DNA of 64,000 nucleotides from contig CAJUPW010000004.1 in assembly GCA_910588635.1 (NCBI GenBank), positions 29,823-93,822 on the forward strand, given 5' to 3'. Every line of letters starts with the position of its first letter. Position 1 is the first letter of the stretch. The position numbers were made by a program, and so were the translations under genes. The notes below the pieces were generated by a model that ran no database searches, had not been told where the DNA came from, and was given only the letters and a program-made list of their open reading frames with translations. The DNA is from an uncultured Oscillospiraceae bacterium. Its GTDB lineage: Bacteria > Bacillota > Clostridia > Oscillospirales > Oscillospiraceae. This document shows, in pieces, positions 48,694 through 59,232 of this stretch.

Positions 48694-50019
48694 ATGTTAA
48701 AACTTGATCTTTCAAAGCTCAGCGGCTTTCTTCCCGAGGATTATGCGACCTCTCGGGAGGACCGGCTGGCCAAGGCGGCTCAGATGCTCTCCACCCACAC
48801 CGGCCCCGGCGGTGATTTCACCGGCTGGGTGTACCTGCCCCGGGACTACGACAAGGAGGAGTTCGCCCGCATCCAGGCGGCGGCCAAGAAGATCCAGCAG
48901 CAGTCCCAGGTGCTGGTGGTCATCGGCATCGGCGGCTCCTATCTGGGAGCCCGCGCGGTCATCGAGGTCGTCAAGTCCAACAACTATAACCTGAAGAAAA
49001 AGGATACCCCCGATGTGTTCTTTGCCGGCAACGGCCTGTCCACCGACGCCTTGCTGGAGCTGCTGGAGCTCATCGGCGACCGGGACTTCTCTGTGAACGT
49101 CATCTCCAAGTCGGGCACCACCACCGAGCCCGCGGTCTCCTTCCGCATTTTCAAGGGCCTGCTGGAGAAGAAGTACGGCAAAGAGGGGGCCAGGGAGCGC
49201 ATCTATGCCACCACCGACAAGGCGCGGGGCGCGCTGAAGGGTCTGGCCGACGCCGAGGGCTATGAGGAGTTCGTGGTGCCCGACGACGTGGGCGGCCGGT
49301 TCTCCGTCCTCACCGCCGTGGGCCTGCTGCCCATTGCCGTGGCCGGCGTGGATATTGAGGCGCTCATGGGCGGCGCTCGCCAGGCCATGGAAGAGCTGTC
49401 CGTCCCCGGTCTGGACAACCCCGCGTGGCAGTATGCCGCCGCCCGTCATGGCCTGTACCAGTCCGGCAAGGCTATTGAGGTGCTGGCCGGCTATGAGCCT
49501 CGGTTCCGCTTCTTTGCCGAGTGGTGGAAGCAGCTCTACGGCGAGAGCGAGGGCAAGGACGGCAAGGGCCTGTTCCCCGCCAGCGTGGAGTTCACCGCCG
49601 ACCTGCACTCCATGGGCCAGTATATCCAAGACGGCGAGCGGGTCATGTTCGAGACGGTGGTGAAGTTCGAGCCGGACGGCGAATACGCCATCCCCAACGA
49701 CCCCGCCAACGTGGACGGCCTGAACTTCCTGTCCGGCAAGCCGTTGGCCTTCGTGGCCGAGCAGGCCATGCGGGGCACCATCCTGGCCCATGTGGACGGC
49801 GGCGTGCCCAACGTGCTCATTGAGATGCCCAAAATTACCGCCCAGAGCATCGGCTACCTCATCTACTTCTTTGAGTATGTCTGCGGTCTGTCCGGCCACC
49901 TGCTGGAGGTCAACCCCTTCAATCAGCCTGGCGTGGAGGCGTACAAGAAGAATATGTTCGCCCTTCTGGGCAAGCCCGGCTACGAGGACCTGCGCAAGGA
50001 GCTGCTGGCCAAGCTGTAA
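48694..50019 (+). CDS. pgi: Glucose-6-phosphate isomerase
   Basis: [46 protein letters not shown]. Confidence 0.97.
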   Translation: MLKLDLSKLSGFLPEDYATSREDRLAKAAQMLSTHTGPGGDFTGWVYLPRDYDKEEFARIQAAAKKIQQQSQVLVVIGIGGSYLGARAVIEVVKSNNYNLKKKDTPDVFFAGNGLSTDALLELLELIGDRDFSVNVISKSGTTTEPAVSFRIFKGLLEKKYGKEGARERIYATTDKARGALKGLADAEGYEEFVVPDDVGGRFSVLTAVGLLPIAVAGVDIEALMGGARQAMEELSVPGLDNPAWQYAAARHGLYQSGKAIEVLAGYEPRFRFFAEWWKQLYGESEGKDGKGLFPASVEFTADLHSMGQYIQDGERVMFETVVKFEPDGEYAIPNDPANVDGLNFLSGKPLAFVAEQAMRGTILAHVDGGVPNVLIEMPKITAQSIGYLIYFFEYVCGLSGHLLEVNPFNQPGVEAYKKNMFALLGKPGYEDLRKELLAKL

Positions 50020-50040
50020 TCTGAGGATACAAATACAGAT

Positions 50041-50076
50041 GCCCCCCTGATGTAATTCCTACATCAGGGGGCTTTT
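50041..50076 (+). terminator. pgi terminator
   Basis: CCCCCTGATGTA-ATTCC-TACATCAGGGGG then CTTTT. Confidence 0.8.
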
Positions 50077-50239
50077 GTTTGTCGTCTGTTTAGCTGTGTT
50101 TACCCGTGGGAGAACAGGTCAGGGACGGATTGACAAGAATCGGGTTCTGCTTAAAAAGGTCCCCGGATACCCTTCAGGCAGTCCATCTGCCGCTCCAGAA
50201 TTTGAACATAACTGTTTACGGCCTCCATATTGCCCCTCC

Positions 50240-50608
50240 TTAACCCAATTCCAGCACCCGAGCCAGCGCCGCGGTATACCGCTTGTACTCCAGGATCAGC
50301 GCGTCCAGATACTCTGTCCCCGCGTCAGTGACGGCGAAATAAATACGGGTGCGGTTGTCCTCGCTCATCACCTTTTCATGCTCCCGGATATAACCGTTTT
50401 CCTCCAGGCGGTAGATGGACAGGTAGAGCGTGTTGAAGGTGATGTCGCCCCCGCTGCGCTCTGTAATGGCGTTCATCATCTCGTAGGTGTACATGGGTTT
50501 TTCCAGCAGAAGATGTAAGACCATCATTTCCGTGGTGGCCTTTTTCAGCGCGATTTGAAGATTTTCCGGGCTGCCGCTTGTTTTTTTTCGTTTTACCATA
50601 TGCATCAC
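50240..50608 (-). CDS. PadR-family regulator
   Basis: LKKA..EM.VL.LL, LY....RLE..G.I, R.YF.VT..G; start uncertain. Confidence 0.85.
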   Translation of the reverse strand: MMHMVKRKKTSGSPENLQIALKKATTEMMVLHLLLEKPMYTYEMMNAITERSGGDITFNTLYLSIYRLEENGYIREHEKVMSEDNRTRIYFAVTDAGTEYLDALILEYKRYTAALARVLELG

Positions 50609-50773
50609 ACATGCCTTTTTTAGAATATAGGTTTATTATACCAGAAATTATTTTCATAGCAAGTATGTTTTTTGCTGATAAATAAATTCTGATGTGATAT
50701 CAATAATATGCGCAATCCCTTTACGCAAGCGCCCCCCGGCCGGAGCATAATTCCGGCCGGGGGCGTTCTGTGT

Positions 50774-52138
50774 TTATAGCCCTAAGACATGGGTGGCGAT
50801 GGCGAAGTAAATCAGCAGGGACAAGGCGTCTACCACGGTGGTGATGAAGGGGGCTGCCATAACGGCGGGGTCGATGCCCGCCTTCTCCGCCGCCATGGGG
50901 AGCAGGCAGCCCACAATCTTGGCGCACATCACCGTCAGCATCAGGGTGAGGCACACCACAGCGGCCACCGCCACGGTGACATCCGGATTGTGCATCAGCC
51001 ACCGGTCCACCAGCAGCATTTTGATGAAATTGGCCCCGCCCAGGCACACCCCGCACAACAGGGCGACACGGATTTCCTTCCACACCACAGCCAGCACGTC
51101 GGAAAACTCCACCTCTCCCAGGGAGAGGGCGCGGATGACGGCCACCGACGACTGGGAGCCGGAATTGCCCCCGGTGCCTGACAGCATGGGGATGAAGGAG
51201 GTCAAGATCACACAGGCGGCCAGAGCGGACTCAAAGCCGGTGATGATAAGGCCGGTAAAGGTGGCCGACAGCATCAGCAGCATCAGCCAGGGAATGCGGG
51301 CCCTCCAGGTCTCAAAGACCCCGGTGCGCAGGTAGGGCTTGTCGGATGGCAGGATGGCGGCCATCTTCTCAAAGTCCTCGGTGGCCTCCTCCTCCATAAC
51401 ATCCATGGCGTCGTCAACGGTGATGATGCCCACCAGCCGGTCCTCCCCGTCCACCACGGGCAGGGCGGTCAGGTCGTACTTGGAGAACATCTGGGCCACG
51501 TCCTCCTTGTCCTCGTGGGTGGCCACAGACAGCACGTTGGTCTCCATGATGTCGCTGATCCTGGTCTCGTAGGCGGACATGAGCAGCCGCTTCACTGTCA
51601 CCACTCCCTGGAGCACTCGGTTGGCGGTGACATAGCAGGTGTAGACGGTCTCCTTGTCCAGACCCACCTTCCGGATGCGGGCGAAGGACTCCTCCACCGT
51701 ATTGTTGGGATGGAGGTAGACAAACTCCGTGGTCATCAGGGAGCCGGCGGAGTCCTTGGGGTAGTTGAGCAGCTGGTTGATCTGGCTGCGGGTGGAGGCG
51801 TCGGTGTTGCGCAGAATACGGCTCACCAGGTTGGCGGGCAGGTCCTCGATCAGGTCCACCGTGTCGTCCATATACAGCTCGTCCAGCACCTCACGCAGCT
51901 CCTTGTCGCTGAGGGCGCCGATGAGCTTCTCCTGGTCCTCCTCCAGGTAGGAGAACACCTCCGCCGCCAGGGCCTTGGGCAGCAGCCGGAACACCAGCAG
52001 CTCCTGCTCCACCTCCAGCTCGTCCAGAAACTCGGCGATGTCCACCTCGTTCATTTCTGCCAGGATTTCCCGAAGCGCGCGGAATTTCCGTTCCTGGACC
52101 AGCTCCATCAGCCGGTCCAGGTCATAGTTGTCGTGCAT
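50774..52138 (-). CDS. mgtE: Magnesium transporter MgtE
   Basis: SAGSLMT, CBS pair, GIITVDD, R.PWL, GGNSGSQ, DPAVMAAPFITT..D. Confidence 0.96.
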   Translation of the reverse strand: MHDNYDLDRLMELVQERKFRALREILAEMNEVDIAEFLDELEVEQELLVFRLLPKALAAEVFSYLEEDQEKLIGALSDKELREVLDELYMDDTVDLIEDLPANLVSRILRNTDASTRSQINQLLNYPKDSAGSLMTTEFVYLHPNNTVEESFARIRKVGLDKETVYTCYVTANRVLQGVVTVKRLLMSAYETRISDIMETNVLSVATHEDKEDVAQMFSKYDLTALPVVDGEDRLVGIITVDDAMDVMEEEATEDFEKMAAILPSDKPYLRTGVFETWRARIPWLMLLMLSATFTGLIITGFESALAACVILTSFIPMLSGTGGNSGSQSSVAVIRALSLGEVEFSDVLAVVWKEIRVALLCGVCLGGANFIKMLLVDRWLMHNPDVTVAVAAVVCLTLMLTVMCAKIVGCLLPMAAEKAGIDPAVMAAPFITTVVDALSLLIYFAIATHVLGL

Positions 52139-52169
52139 AATCCTGCATCCCCCTTTCTGTCAGGCCACG

Positions 52170-52218
52170 AAAAGCCACAGGCGCGCCCGCTCCGGTCAGA
52201 GAGCGGCCCGCCTGTGGC
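52170..52218 (-). terminator. Attenuator-type terminator in the mgtE leader
   Basis: GCCACAGGCGGGCCGCTC...GAGCGGGCGCGCCTGTGGC-TTTT, about 30 nt before the ATG. Confidence 0.65.
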
Positions 52219-52253
52219 TGCGCATGTCCAAGGGGAGGGAACCCCTCCGGCGT

Positions 52254-52346
52254 TTACCGGCGGCGGGGCAGAGACCCGGACAGGCCCCGTTCCGCCGCCC
52301 CTCGTTCGTGGCAGCTTTCCGTTTTTTGACGACTTCGGCCTTCCAT
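52254..52346 (-). CDS. Putative mgtE leader peptide (30 aa)
   Basis: GAAAGGAAG RBS; MEGRSRQKTESCHERGAAERGLSGSLPRRR*. Confidence 0.55.
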   Translation of the reverse strand: MEGRSRQKTESCHERGAAERGLSGSLPRRR

Positions 52347-52447
52347 TCCAGGTCCCACTTCCTTTCACTGTAATCTTTGCAGGTTCTTTATATCCTATGC
52401 CATTGTAGCACCAACCGCCCCCCTTTGGCAAGGGGGGCGGCGTGAAT

Positions 52448-53560
52448 TTATTCCCACTCCACTTGGGCGTCAGAGGAGACGATATTGATATAGCTGCTGC
52501 CCACGGCCAGAGGGAAGGGCTTTCCCGCCTGGTCCAGGAATGAGTAGCAGGCCTCCTCGCTTCTCCGCTCCCAGGCGATCTGGTAGAGCTGTCCGTCCCG
52601 GAGGAGGAGACCCTCCCCCTTCCCGGTGGTGCGCACTGTCATACGGCCCTTGTCGTCCCCCTTGACCCGGCTGACATCGGTGTACAGCACCAGCACGTTG
52701 CGCACGGACACCGGCTCATCGGTGCCGCCGTCCACATAGGGAATGTCATTTTTATCGATGTGCTGGTCGATCAGGTAGCGGTTTTCCCCAGCGTCGTAAG
52801 TAAAGTACCCGGTCTTGTAGGTGGAGAAGGGCACCGTCAGCTTAGCGGCCGCCGTCCCGCCGGCGGGGACCTCCTTGTCGAAGGTCCAGCCCACCGCATA
52901 GCCGTCGTCGTGCTCCTGAGCGATCCTTTTGGGAAGCTGCTCAAGCACCTTCTCGCCGGAGGTGAACAGGGAATGCTCCAGGCCGGCGCTTTTCCGCCGG
53001 TCCGGGTCCCGCCAGCACATATTCCCGTAGGGGCCGTTGACAAAGTCAATGTGGGACATCTTCAGGTCGTCGAATGCGTCGTAGGCCTGGGGACTGCCCC
53101 CGGCGTGGATGTAGACGGCGTCGTGGCCCCTGGCAATGCTGACATAGTAGTCACGGGCCGAGCGGATACTGCCCATGTCCCCCACTCCGTTCAGGTCCTG
53201 GAACAGGGCCATCATCCGGGTGATGCCCCCCTCGGCCACGATCTCGTAGATCACGTCCGCCTGGGACACCCCGACCTGCGGCAAGGCCTTTCTCAGATTG
53301 TTGAACATGACGGCAAAGGGTCTCCGGACGCTGACATCCTGGTCCAGCCCCTCTCCGGTCAGGGGATGGCTGTAAGGGTGCTCCGGCTCCTCCACCGGAG
53401 CGATGACGGAAACGCTGGGCTCGTCAGGGACGGAGGAGGCGCTGCCCGGCAGGCCGGCGGAGCCGGAGGAGGCCCCTCCCGGGCCCTTTGTTCCGCAGGA
53501 GGCCAGCGGAATCAGCAGCAGTCCAGCCAGCAGAAGGGTTCTCCATTGTCCTTTGTTCAT
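52448..53560 (-). CDS. DUF3048 (YerB-like) lipoprotein
   Basis: Lipobox LASC; RP.AVM.NN, PQ.G..QADV.YE...EGGITR, IRSAR.Y, HAGGS. Confidence 0.88.
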   Translation of the reverse strand: MNKGQWRTLLLAGLLLIPLASCGTKGPGGASSGSAGLPGSASSVPDEPSVSVIAPVEEPEHPYSHPLTGEGLDQDVSVRRPFAVMFNNLRKALPQVGVSQADVIYEIVAEGGITRMMALFQDLNGVGDMGSIRSARDYYVSIARGHDAVYIHAGGSPQAYDAFDDLKMSHIDFVNGPYGNMCWRDPDRRKSAGLEHSLFTSGEKVLEQLPKRIAQEHDDGYAVGWTFDKEVPAGGTAAAKLTVPFSTYKTGYFTYDAGENRYLIDQHIDKNDIPYVDGGTDEPVSVRNVLVLYTDVSRVKGDDKGRMTVRTTGKGEGLLLRDGQLYQIAWERRSEEACYSFLDQAGKPFPLAVGSSYINIVSSDAQVEWE

Positions 53561-53671
53561 CCTCGGTTCCTCCCATATTTCCTGCACTTCGGCATAATGT
53601 GTACTTTATCATACGCTATTCTTTGGACAAAGTCAACAAAAACAGGCGCCGGACTTGCCGGACGGCTCCAG

Positions 53672-53700
53672 ACATATTTCCCCGGCCTGTCCCATACACT
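53672..53700 (+). promoter_or_regulatory. SigE promoter of spoIID
   Basis: ACATATT-N14-CATACACT. Confidence 0.8.
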
Positions 53701-53721
53701 AGGGCAAAGGGGGCGGCAGGC

Positions 53722-54765
53722 ATGGCGCGGGAAAACAGAGGACGTTTTTGGGTTCGAGGGACGGGCCAGATTGTGAGCGCGGCGCTGCTCCTTGCCGCGA
53801 TTCTGTTTGTTCTTCCCGGGTTGCTGGTACGGGGGGAACCGGTCTGCCGGCCGCCGGAGACCGGAGACCTGCCCGGCGGGGAAATCGCTCCGCCGGCCTC
53901 CTCCGCCTTGCCCACGGGCGTCCGGGACAAGGGGAAGGCGGTGCGCCTTCAGACCAAGGAGGGTCCCATCGTGGAGCTGACCATGGCCGACTACCTGTGG
54001 GGGGTGGTGGCGGCGGAGATGCCCGCCTCCTTCGAGGACGAGGCGCTGGCCGCCCAGGCCTGCGCCGCCCGGACCTACACCGCCGTTTTGCGCGGCAGCT
54101 CCAAGCACTCGGACGCCGACATCTGCGGGGACAGCACATGCTGCCAGGCCTACATTGAGCGCTCCGCCGCCGAAGCCCGCTGGGGGCTGAACGCCCGGGA
54201 ATACGGGGAGAAGATCGAGCGGGCGGTGGTCCGGACCGACGGGCTGGGGGTCCTCTACGAGGGGAAGCCCATCCAGGCCCTGTTTTTCTCCTCCGCCCCA
54301 GGAAAAACGGTGGACGCGGCAGAGGTCTGGGGCAACTCGGTGGCCTATCTGAAGAGCGTGGACAGCCCAGAGGGCGACGAGGTGCCCAACTACCGCACCC
54401 AGACCGTCCTGAGGGCGGAGGAGGTGCGATCCCTCACCCTGGCCGCCTACCCGGGGGCCGACCTGTCCGGCGACCCCGCCGTCTGGTTCGGCCAGCCTAG
54501 CCGCAGCGAGGGAGGGACGGTGGTCTCCCTTACTCTGGGGGGCGTCACCCTCACCGGGGGCCAGGTGCGCTCCCTGTTCTCCCTGCGCTCCGCCTGCTTC
54601 ACCGTCATCTGGGACGGCAGCCAGTTTGTATTTGACGTTACCGGCTACGGCCACGGGGTGGGCATGAGCCAGTACGGGGCCAACGCCATGGCCAAAAACG
54701 GCGGCAGCTTTCGGGATATCCTCACCTGGTACTACACCGGGGCGGAGGTGGGAAATCTCTGGTAG
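53722..54765 (+). CDS. spoIID: Stage II sporulation protein D
   Basis: YL.GVVAAEMPASF..EAL.AQA.AARTY, CQAY, LRS, GYGHGVGMSQYGA, IL.WYY.G. Confidence 0.95.
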   Translation: MARENRGRFWVRGTGQIVSAALLLAAILFVLPGLLVRGEPVCRPPETGDLPGGEIAPPASSALPTGVRDKGKAVRLQTKEGPIVELTMADYLWGVVAAEMPASFEDEALAAQACAARTYTAVLRGSSKHSDADICGDSTCCQAYIERSAAEARWGLNAREYGEKIERAVVRTDGLGVLYEGKPIQALFFSSAPGKTVDAAEVWGNSVAYLKSVDSPEGDEVPNYRTQTVLRAEEVRSLTLAAYPGADLSGDPAVWFGQPSRSEGGTVVSLTLGGVTLTGGQVRSLFSLRSACFTVIWDGSQFVFDVTGYGHGVGMSQYGANAMAKNGGSFRDILTWYYTGAEVGNLW

Positions 54766-54842
54766 GGCGGGGCAGAACCCCGCCCTTTTCCTGTTTTGGA
54801 AATATTTTTCAAAAAACCCTCCATTTCAATTGTGAATAAATC

Positions 54843-54871
54843 TTGACAGAAAAGCGGTTTGCCTTTACAAT
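54843..54871 (+). promoter_or_regulatory. Sigma-A promoter of rny
   Basis: TTGACA-N17-TACAAT. Confidence 0.8.
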
Positions 54872-55053
54872 GTTGGGTGGACAAATATTGAAAAACCTGT
54901 GGGGATGTTTTTCAGTTGTCGCAAGGGAGGGAAGGCTGCCCACCTAGCCCCTTGCGGCCTTTTACTGCAAGCCCGTGCGGAGCTCACTCTGGCGGCGGGC
55001 GCCGCGGCGGTCCGCCGCGGCCATGAAAAAATTTGGAGGTGTAACAAGACCCA

Positions 55054-56607
55054 ATGAACCCAATTATCGCAGTCATCGGCATGATCGTCACGCTGATCGT
55101 GGGCGCGCTGGGCGGAGCGGTCTTCGGCTGGAACCGGCGCAAGGTCACGGCGGAGCGGGAGATCAAATCCGCCGAGGACGAGGCCACCCGCATTGTCAAC
55201 GAGGCCTATAAGAGCGCCGAGAGCAAGAAGCGCGAGGCCTTGCTGGAGGCCAAGGAGGAAATTCTCAAGGCCAAGAACGAGCACGAGAAGGAGGTCAAGG
55301 ACCGCCGCAGCGAGCTGCAGCGCCAGGAGAATCGCCTTCAGCAGAAGGAAGAAAACCTGGACCGCAAGACCGAGAACATTGAGAAGAAGGAAGAGCAGCT
55401 CTCCGCCAGGCTGGCCAGGCTGGACGCCACCCAGGCAGAGGCTGAAAGGCTGAAGCAGCAGCAGGTGGCCGAGCTGGAGCGCATCTCCGGCTACACCGCG
55501 GAGGAGGCCAAGAACTACCTGCTCCAGCAGCTGGAGGCGGATGTCACCCACGAGTCGGCCATGAAGATCAAGGAGATCGAGGCCCGGTTCAAGGAGGAGG
55601 CGGACACCCGCGCCCGGGAGATCATCTCGCTGGCCATCCAGCGCTGCGCCGCCGACCACGTCTCCGAGGCCACCGTGTCGGTGGTTCCCCTACCCAACGA
55701 CGACATGAAGGGCCGGATCATCGGCCGTGAGGGCCGGAATATCCGCACCCTGGAGACCCTTACCGGGGTGGACCTGATTATCGACGATACCCCCGAGGCC
55801 ATCACGGTCTCCTGCTTTGACCCTGTCCGCCGGGAGATCGCCCGGCTGGCTCTGGAGAAGCTGATTCTGGACGGCCGCATCCACCCCGCCCGCATCGAGG
55901 AGATGGTGGAGAAGGCCAAGCGGGAGGTGGACCAGGTCATCAAGGCGGAGGGCGAGCGGGCCATCTTTGAGACCAACGTCCACGGCCTGCACCCGGAGCT
56001 GGTCAAGCTCCTGGGCCGGATGCGCTACCGCACCAGCTACGGCCAGAATGTGCTCAACCACTCCATTGAGGTCAGCCACGTGGCCGGGCTGCTGGCCGCC
56101 GAGATCGGCGCCAACGTCACCGAGGCCAAGCGGGCCGGCCTGCTCCACGACCTGGGCAAGTCCATCGACCACGAGGTAGAGGGCTCCCACGTGCAGATCG
56201 GCGTGGAGCTGGCCCGGAAGTACCGGGAGAGCGAGAACATCATCCACGCCATCCACGCCCACCACAACGACGTGGAGCCCAAGACGGTGGTGGCCTGTCT
56301 GGTCCAGGCGGCCGACGCCATCTCCGCCGCCCGGCCCGGCGCACGGCGGGAGAATCTGGAGAACTATATCAAGCGGCTGGAGGCTCTGGAGGAGATTACC
56401 TCCTCCTTCAACGGGGTGGAGAAATCCTTCGCCATCCAGGCCGGCCGCGAGGTGCGCATCATGATTAAGCCCGAGGTGGTCAGCGAGGACCAGATGGTCC
56501 TTCTCGCCCGGGATATCGCCAAGAAAATTGAGGACGAGCTGGAGTACCCCGGTCAGATCAAGGTGAACCTGATCCGGGAGACCAAGGCCATCGAATACGC
56601 TAAATAA
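55054..56607 (+). CDS. rny: Ribonuclease Y
   Basis: TM helix, coiled coil, KH ([13 protein letters not shown]), HD (LLHDLGK), ARPGAR. Confidence 0.97.
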   Translation: MNPIIAVIGMIVTLIVGALGGAVFGWNRRKVTAEREIKSAEDEATRIVNEAYKSAESKKREALLEAKEEILKAKNEHEKEVKDRRSELQRQENRLQQKEENLDRKTENIEKKEEQLSARLARLDATQAEAERLKQQQVAELERISGYTAEEAKNYLLQQLEADVTHESAMKIKEIEARFKEEADTRAREIISLAIQRCAADHVSEATVSVVPLPNDDMKGRIIGREGRNIRTLETLTGVDLIIDDTPEAITVSCFDPVRREIARLALEKLILDGRIHPARIEEMVEKAKREVDQVIKAEGERAIFETNVHGLHPELVKLLGRMRYRTSYGQNVLNHSIEVSHVAGLLAAEIGANVTEAKRAGLLHDLGKSIDHEVEGSHVQIGVELARKYRESENIIHAIHAHHNDVEPKTVVACLVQAADAISAARPGARRENLENYIKRLEALEEITSSFNGVEKSFAIQAGREVRIMIKPEVVSEDQMVLLARDIAKKIEDELEYPGQIKVNLIRETKAIEYAK

Positions 56608-56632
56608 TGTTCGTAATACCCATGCAAAACCC

Positions 56633-56798
56633 GGGACGCCCCCCAGCGTCCCGGGTTTTGCGGCCAAACCGCAACCCAGCGAAAGCGGTTGCGGTTTGGA
56701 GAGGAGGCGCGGCGCAGTGAGCGAGCTTTGCCCGTCAGGGCAAAGCAAACGATACGAAGCGTGCGCCGACGAGGGACGCCCCCCAGCGTCCCGGGTTT
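56633..56798. repeat. Structured insert of about 114 bp flanked by 26-bp direct repeats of the rny terminator
   Basis: GGGACGCCCCCCAGCGTCCCGGGTTT at 56633 and 56773; inner hairpin CCAAACCGCAACC..GGTTGCGGTTTGG. Confidence 0.75.
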
Positions 56799-56805
56799 GC
56801 TGTGC

Positions 56806-56840
56806 AAAAACGGCGTCCGGTTTTCCGGACGCCGTTTTTT
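56806..56840. terminator. Bidirectional terminator
   Basis: AAAAACGGCGTCCGG-TTTT-CCGGACGCCGTTTTTT. Confidence 0.85.
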
Positions 56841-56844
56841 CCTT

Positions 56845-58287
56845 TTAATAGGCCACGCCCCACAGGATGGAGTGCCTGGCAGGCCTGCCGCAGCAGACGC
56901 ACACGTCGGAAACATGCTCCTGCTCCAGGGGCATGCACCGGGAGGTGACCCCGGCCTTCTCCTTCATGGCCAGCTCGCAGTCCAGCTCTCCGCACCACAT
57001 GGTCTTGGCGAAGCCGCCCTCGGTCTCCATGAACTTCTTGACCTCCTCCAGAGTCATGCACACCCGGGTGTGGTCCTCCAGGTTCTTCCTGGCCCGGTTG
57101 TACAGGCCCTTGTGAACCTCGTCCAGCAGCCAGCGCACATCCTCCTCCAACTGGTCCAGAGGGACAAATGTTTTCTCCCCGGTGTCCCGGCGGCAGATGC
57201 AGCACTGGTCCTTCTCCATATCCTTGGGGCCGATCTCCACCCGGAGGGGGACCCCCTTCATCTCGTACTCGGCGGCCTTCCAGCCCATTGACTGGTCGGA
57301 GTCGTCCATCTTCGCCCGGATACCGGCCTTCTGCAGCCGGTTCAGCAAGGCGGAGGCGGCGTCCAGGACCCCCTCCTTGTGCTGGGCCACGGGGATGACC
57401 ATGGCCTGGATGGGGGCGATGCGGGGGGGCAGCACCAGGCCGTTGTTGTCGCCGTGGGTCATGATGATGCCGCCGATGGTACGGGTGGACAGACCCCAGC
57501 TGGTCTGGTGGGGGTGGTGGAGCTGGTTGTCGCTGCCGGTAAAGGTGATGTCAAAGGCCTTGGCAAAGCCGTCGCCGAAGTAGTGGCTGGTGCCGCTCTG
57601 GAGGGCCTTCCGGTCGTGCATCATGCACTCCACGGTGTAGGTCTCCTCGGCGCCGTTGAATTTCTCCTTGTCGGTCTTTCGGCCCTTGACCACCGGCATG
57701 GCCAGCACATTTTCTAAAAAGTCGGCGTAGACGTTGAGCATCCGCTCGGTCTCCTCACGGGCCTCCGCCTCGGTGGCGTGCATGGTGTGGCCCTCCTGCC
57801 ACAGGAACTCCCGGTGACGCAGGAAGGGCCGGGAGGTCTTTTCCCAGCGCAGGACGGAGCACCACTGGTTGTACAGCTTGGGCAGGTCCCTGTGGGAATG
57901 GATCACGTTCTTATAGTGCTCGCAGAACAGGGTCTCGGAGGTAGGACGGATGCAGCAGCGCTCCTCCAGCTTCTCGCTGCCGCCCACGGTCACCCAGGCG
58001 CACTCAGGGGCAAAGCCCTCCACATGGTCCTTTTCCTTCTGAAGCAGGCTTTCAGGGATGAGGACGGGCAGATACACGTTCTCGTGGCCCAGCTCTTTAA
58101 AGCGCCTGTCCAGCTCGTGCTGGATGTTCTCCCAGATGGCGTAGCCGTAGGGGCGGTAGATAAACATGCCCTTAATGGAGGAGTAGTCGATGAGCTCCGC
58201 CTTTTTGCACACGTCGGTGTACCACTGGGCAAAGTCCACCTCCATATCGGTAATCTGCTCCACCTGCTTCTTGTTTTCCTTGGCCAT
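56845..58287 (-). CDS. proS: Prolyl-tRNA synthetase (archaeal/eukaryal type)
   Basis: [31 protein letters not shown]-terminal CVCCG..AY; no INS editing domain. Confidence 0.96.
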   Translation of the reverse strand: MAKENKKQVEQITDMEVDFAQWYTDVCKKAELIDYSSIKGMFIYRPYGYAIWENIQHELDRRFKELGHENVYLPVLIPESLLQKEKDHVEGFAPECAWVTVGGSEKLEERCCIRPTSETLFCEHYKNVIHSHRDLPKLYNQWCSVLRWEKTSRPFLRHREFLWQEGHTMHATEAEAREETERMLNVYADFLENVLAMPVVKGRKTDKEKFNGAEETYTVECMMHDRKALQSGTSHYFGDGFAKAFDITFTGSDNQLHHPHQTSWGLSTRTIGGIIMTHGDNNGLVLPPRIAPIQAMVIPVAQHKEGVLDAASALLNRLQKAGIRAKMDDSDQSMGWKAAEYEMKGVPLRVEIGPKDMEKDQCCICRRDTGEKTFVPLDQLEEDVRWLLDEVHKGLYNRARKNLEDHTRVCMTLEEVKKFMETEGGFAKTMWCGELDCELAMKEKAGVTSRCMPLEQEHVSDVCVCCGRPARHSILWGVAY

Positions 58288-58404
58288 ATTGTCTCAGTCC
58301 TTTATGTTAAGATGGGTATATCCTTTTCAGCCCTTCTATTCTATAAACTAGACGGCGGAAAGTCAAGACAAAAAACCGCCTCCCCGGGGGGGAGGCGGCG
58401 GATT

Positions 58405-59085
58405 TTATTTCGTATAGGCGCCGGAGTAGTCGATCATGACCTCGTCAACCTTCTGCATTCCGGCCTCCACCAGGCCGTAGTAGCCGTCGCTGTCCTTCTT
58501 CAGCTGGAGCATGATGATCTGATCCTCGCCGTACTCAATCTCGTCCAGCTTGTCCTCCAAGGTATCCAGGATCAGCAGGCCGAACACGGCGTCTACCGCC
58601 TCCAGCTCCTCCTCAGTCTCCGCGTCGTCAAAGTTGGCCTCGTCCAGCGCGTCGAAAAAGTCGTCCTGGGTAAGGAGGTTATACAGGTCGATAGGGGAGA
58701 CGGTCACCTCCACCACAAAGTCCCCATCCTTGGTCTTGCTGCCCGTGCCCACGGTGTATTTGGACTTGGCGTAGAGCTTCTCCATCACCTCTTTTGCCCG
58801 GTCGTTGATCTCGTCGGTGGGGTAATCCACCTCCAGAAAGTCCAGCAGGTACAACTCGGCCTCGTCGGACACGTTGTTCTCGTGCATCTCCCTGGCGTCG
58901 GCTTCGGTCATGTCCTCCACCAACTCGATGTACGCCTTGTCGTAGACGCCCAGATAGGCGGCGTCCAGATGGCCCTTCACATAGGCCTCGGCGTCCTTCT
59001 CGGTGAGTCCGCCGCCGCAGGCGGCCAGGATGCCCGTCATACACAGTGCCAGCGCCGCCGACAGTGCCCGTTTCCATGCTTTCAT
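58405..59085 (-). CDS. Acidic lipoprotein of unknown function
   Basis: Lipobox LAAC; GAGGAG RBS. Confidence 0.8.
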   Translation of the reverse strand: MKAWKRALSAALALCMTGILAACGGGLTEKDAEAYVKGHLDAAYLGVYDKAYIELVEDMTEADAREMHENNVSDEAELYLLDFLEVDYPTDEINDRAKEVMEKLYAKSKYTVGTGSKTKDGDFVVEVTVSPIDLYNLLTQDDFFDALDEANFDDAETEEELEAVDAVFGLLILDTLEDKLDEIEYGEDQIIMLQLKKDSDGYYGLVEAGMQKVDEVMIDYSGAYTK

Positions 59086-59204
59086 GTATCAACACTCCTC
59101 TTTTCAGTTTGGCCCGAAAGAAGCTTCGGGCAATGCTTTGATTATTTTAGGCCTTTTCTTCCAGAAAGTCAACCTTGCTGTTTTCAATTTTCTATGCTAT
59201 ACTG

Positions 59205-59216
59205 CTGTCATGACAG
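59205..59216. promoter_or_regulatory. Candidate NiaR operator (autoregulation)
   Basis: Palindrome CTGTCATGACAG (TGT-N4-ACA core) directly after the -10 TATACT. Confidence 0.6.
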
Positions 59217-59232
59217 GAGGTGGGGAGCGCCG

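Noticed and set aside
52140..52400. M-box (ykoK) riboswitch before mgtE
   Set aside because: No recognisable consensus by eye (no AGGTGAGG..CTGCTGCC core); needs an Infernal search to confirm
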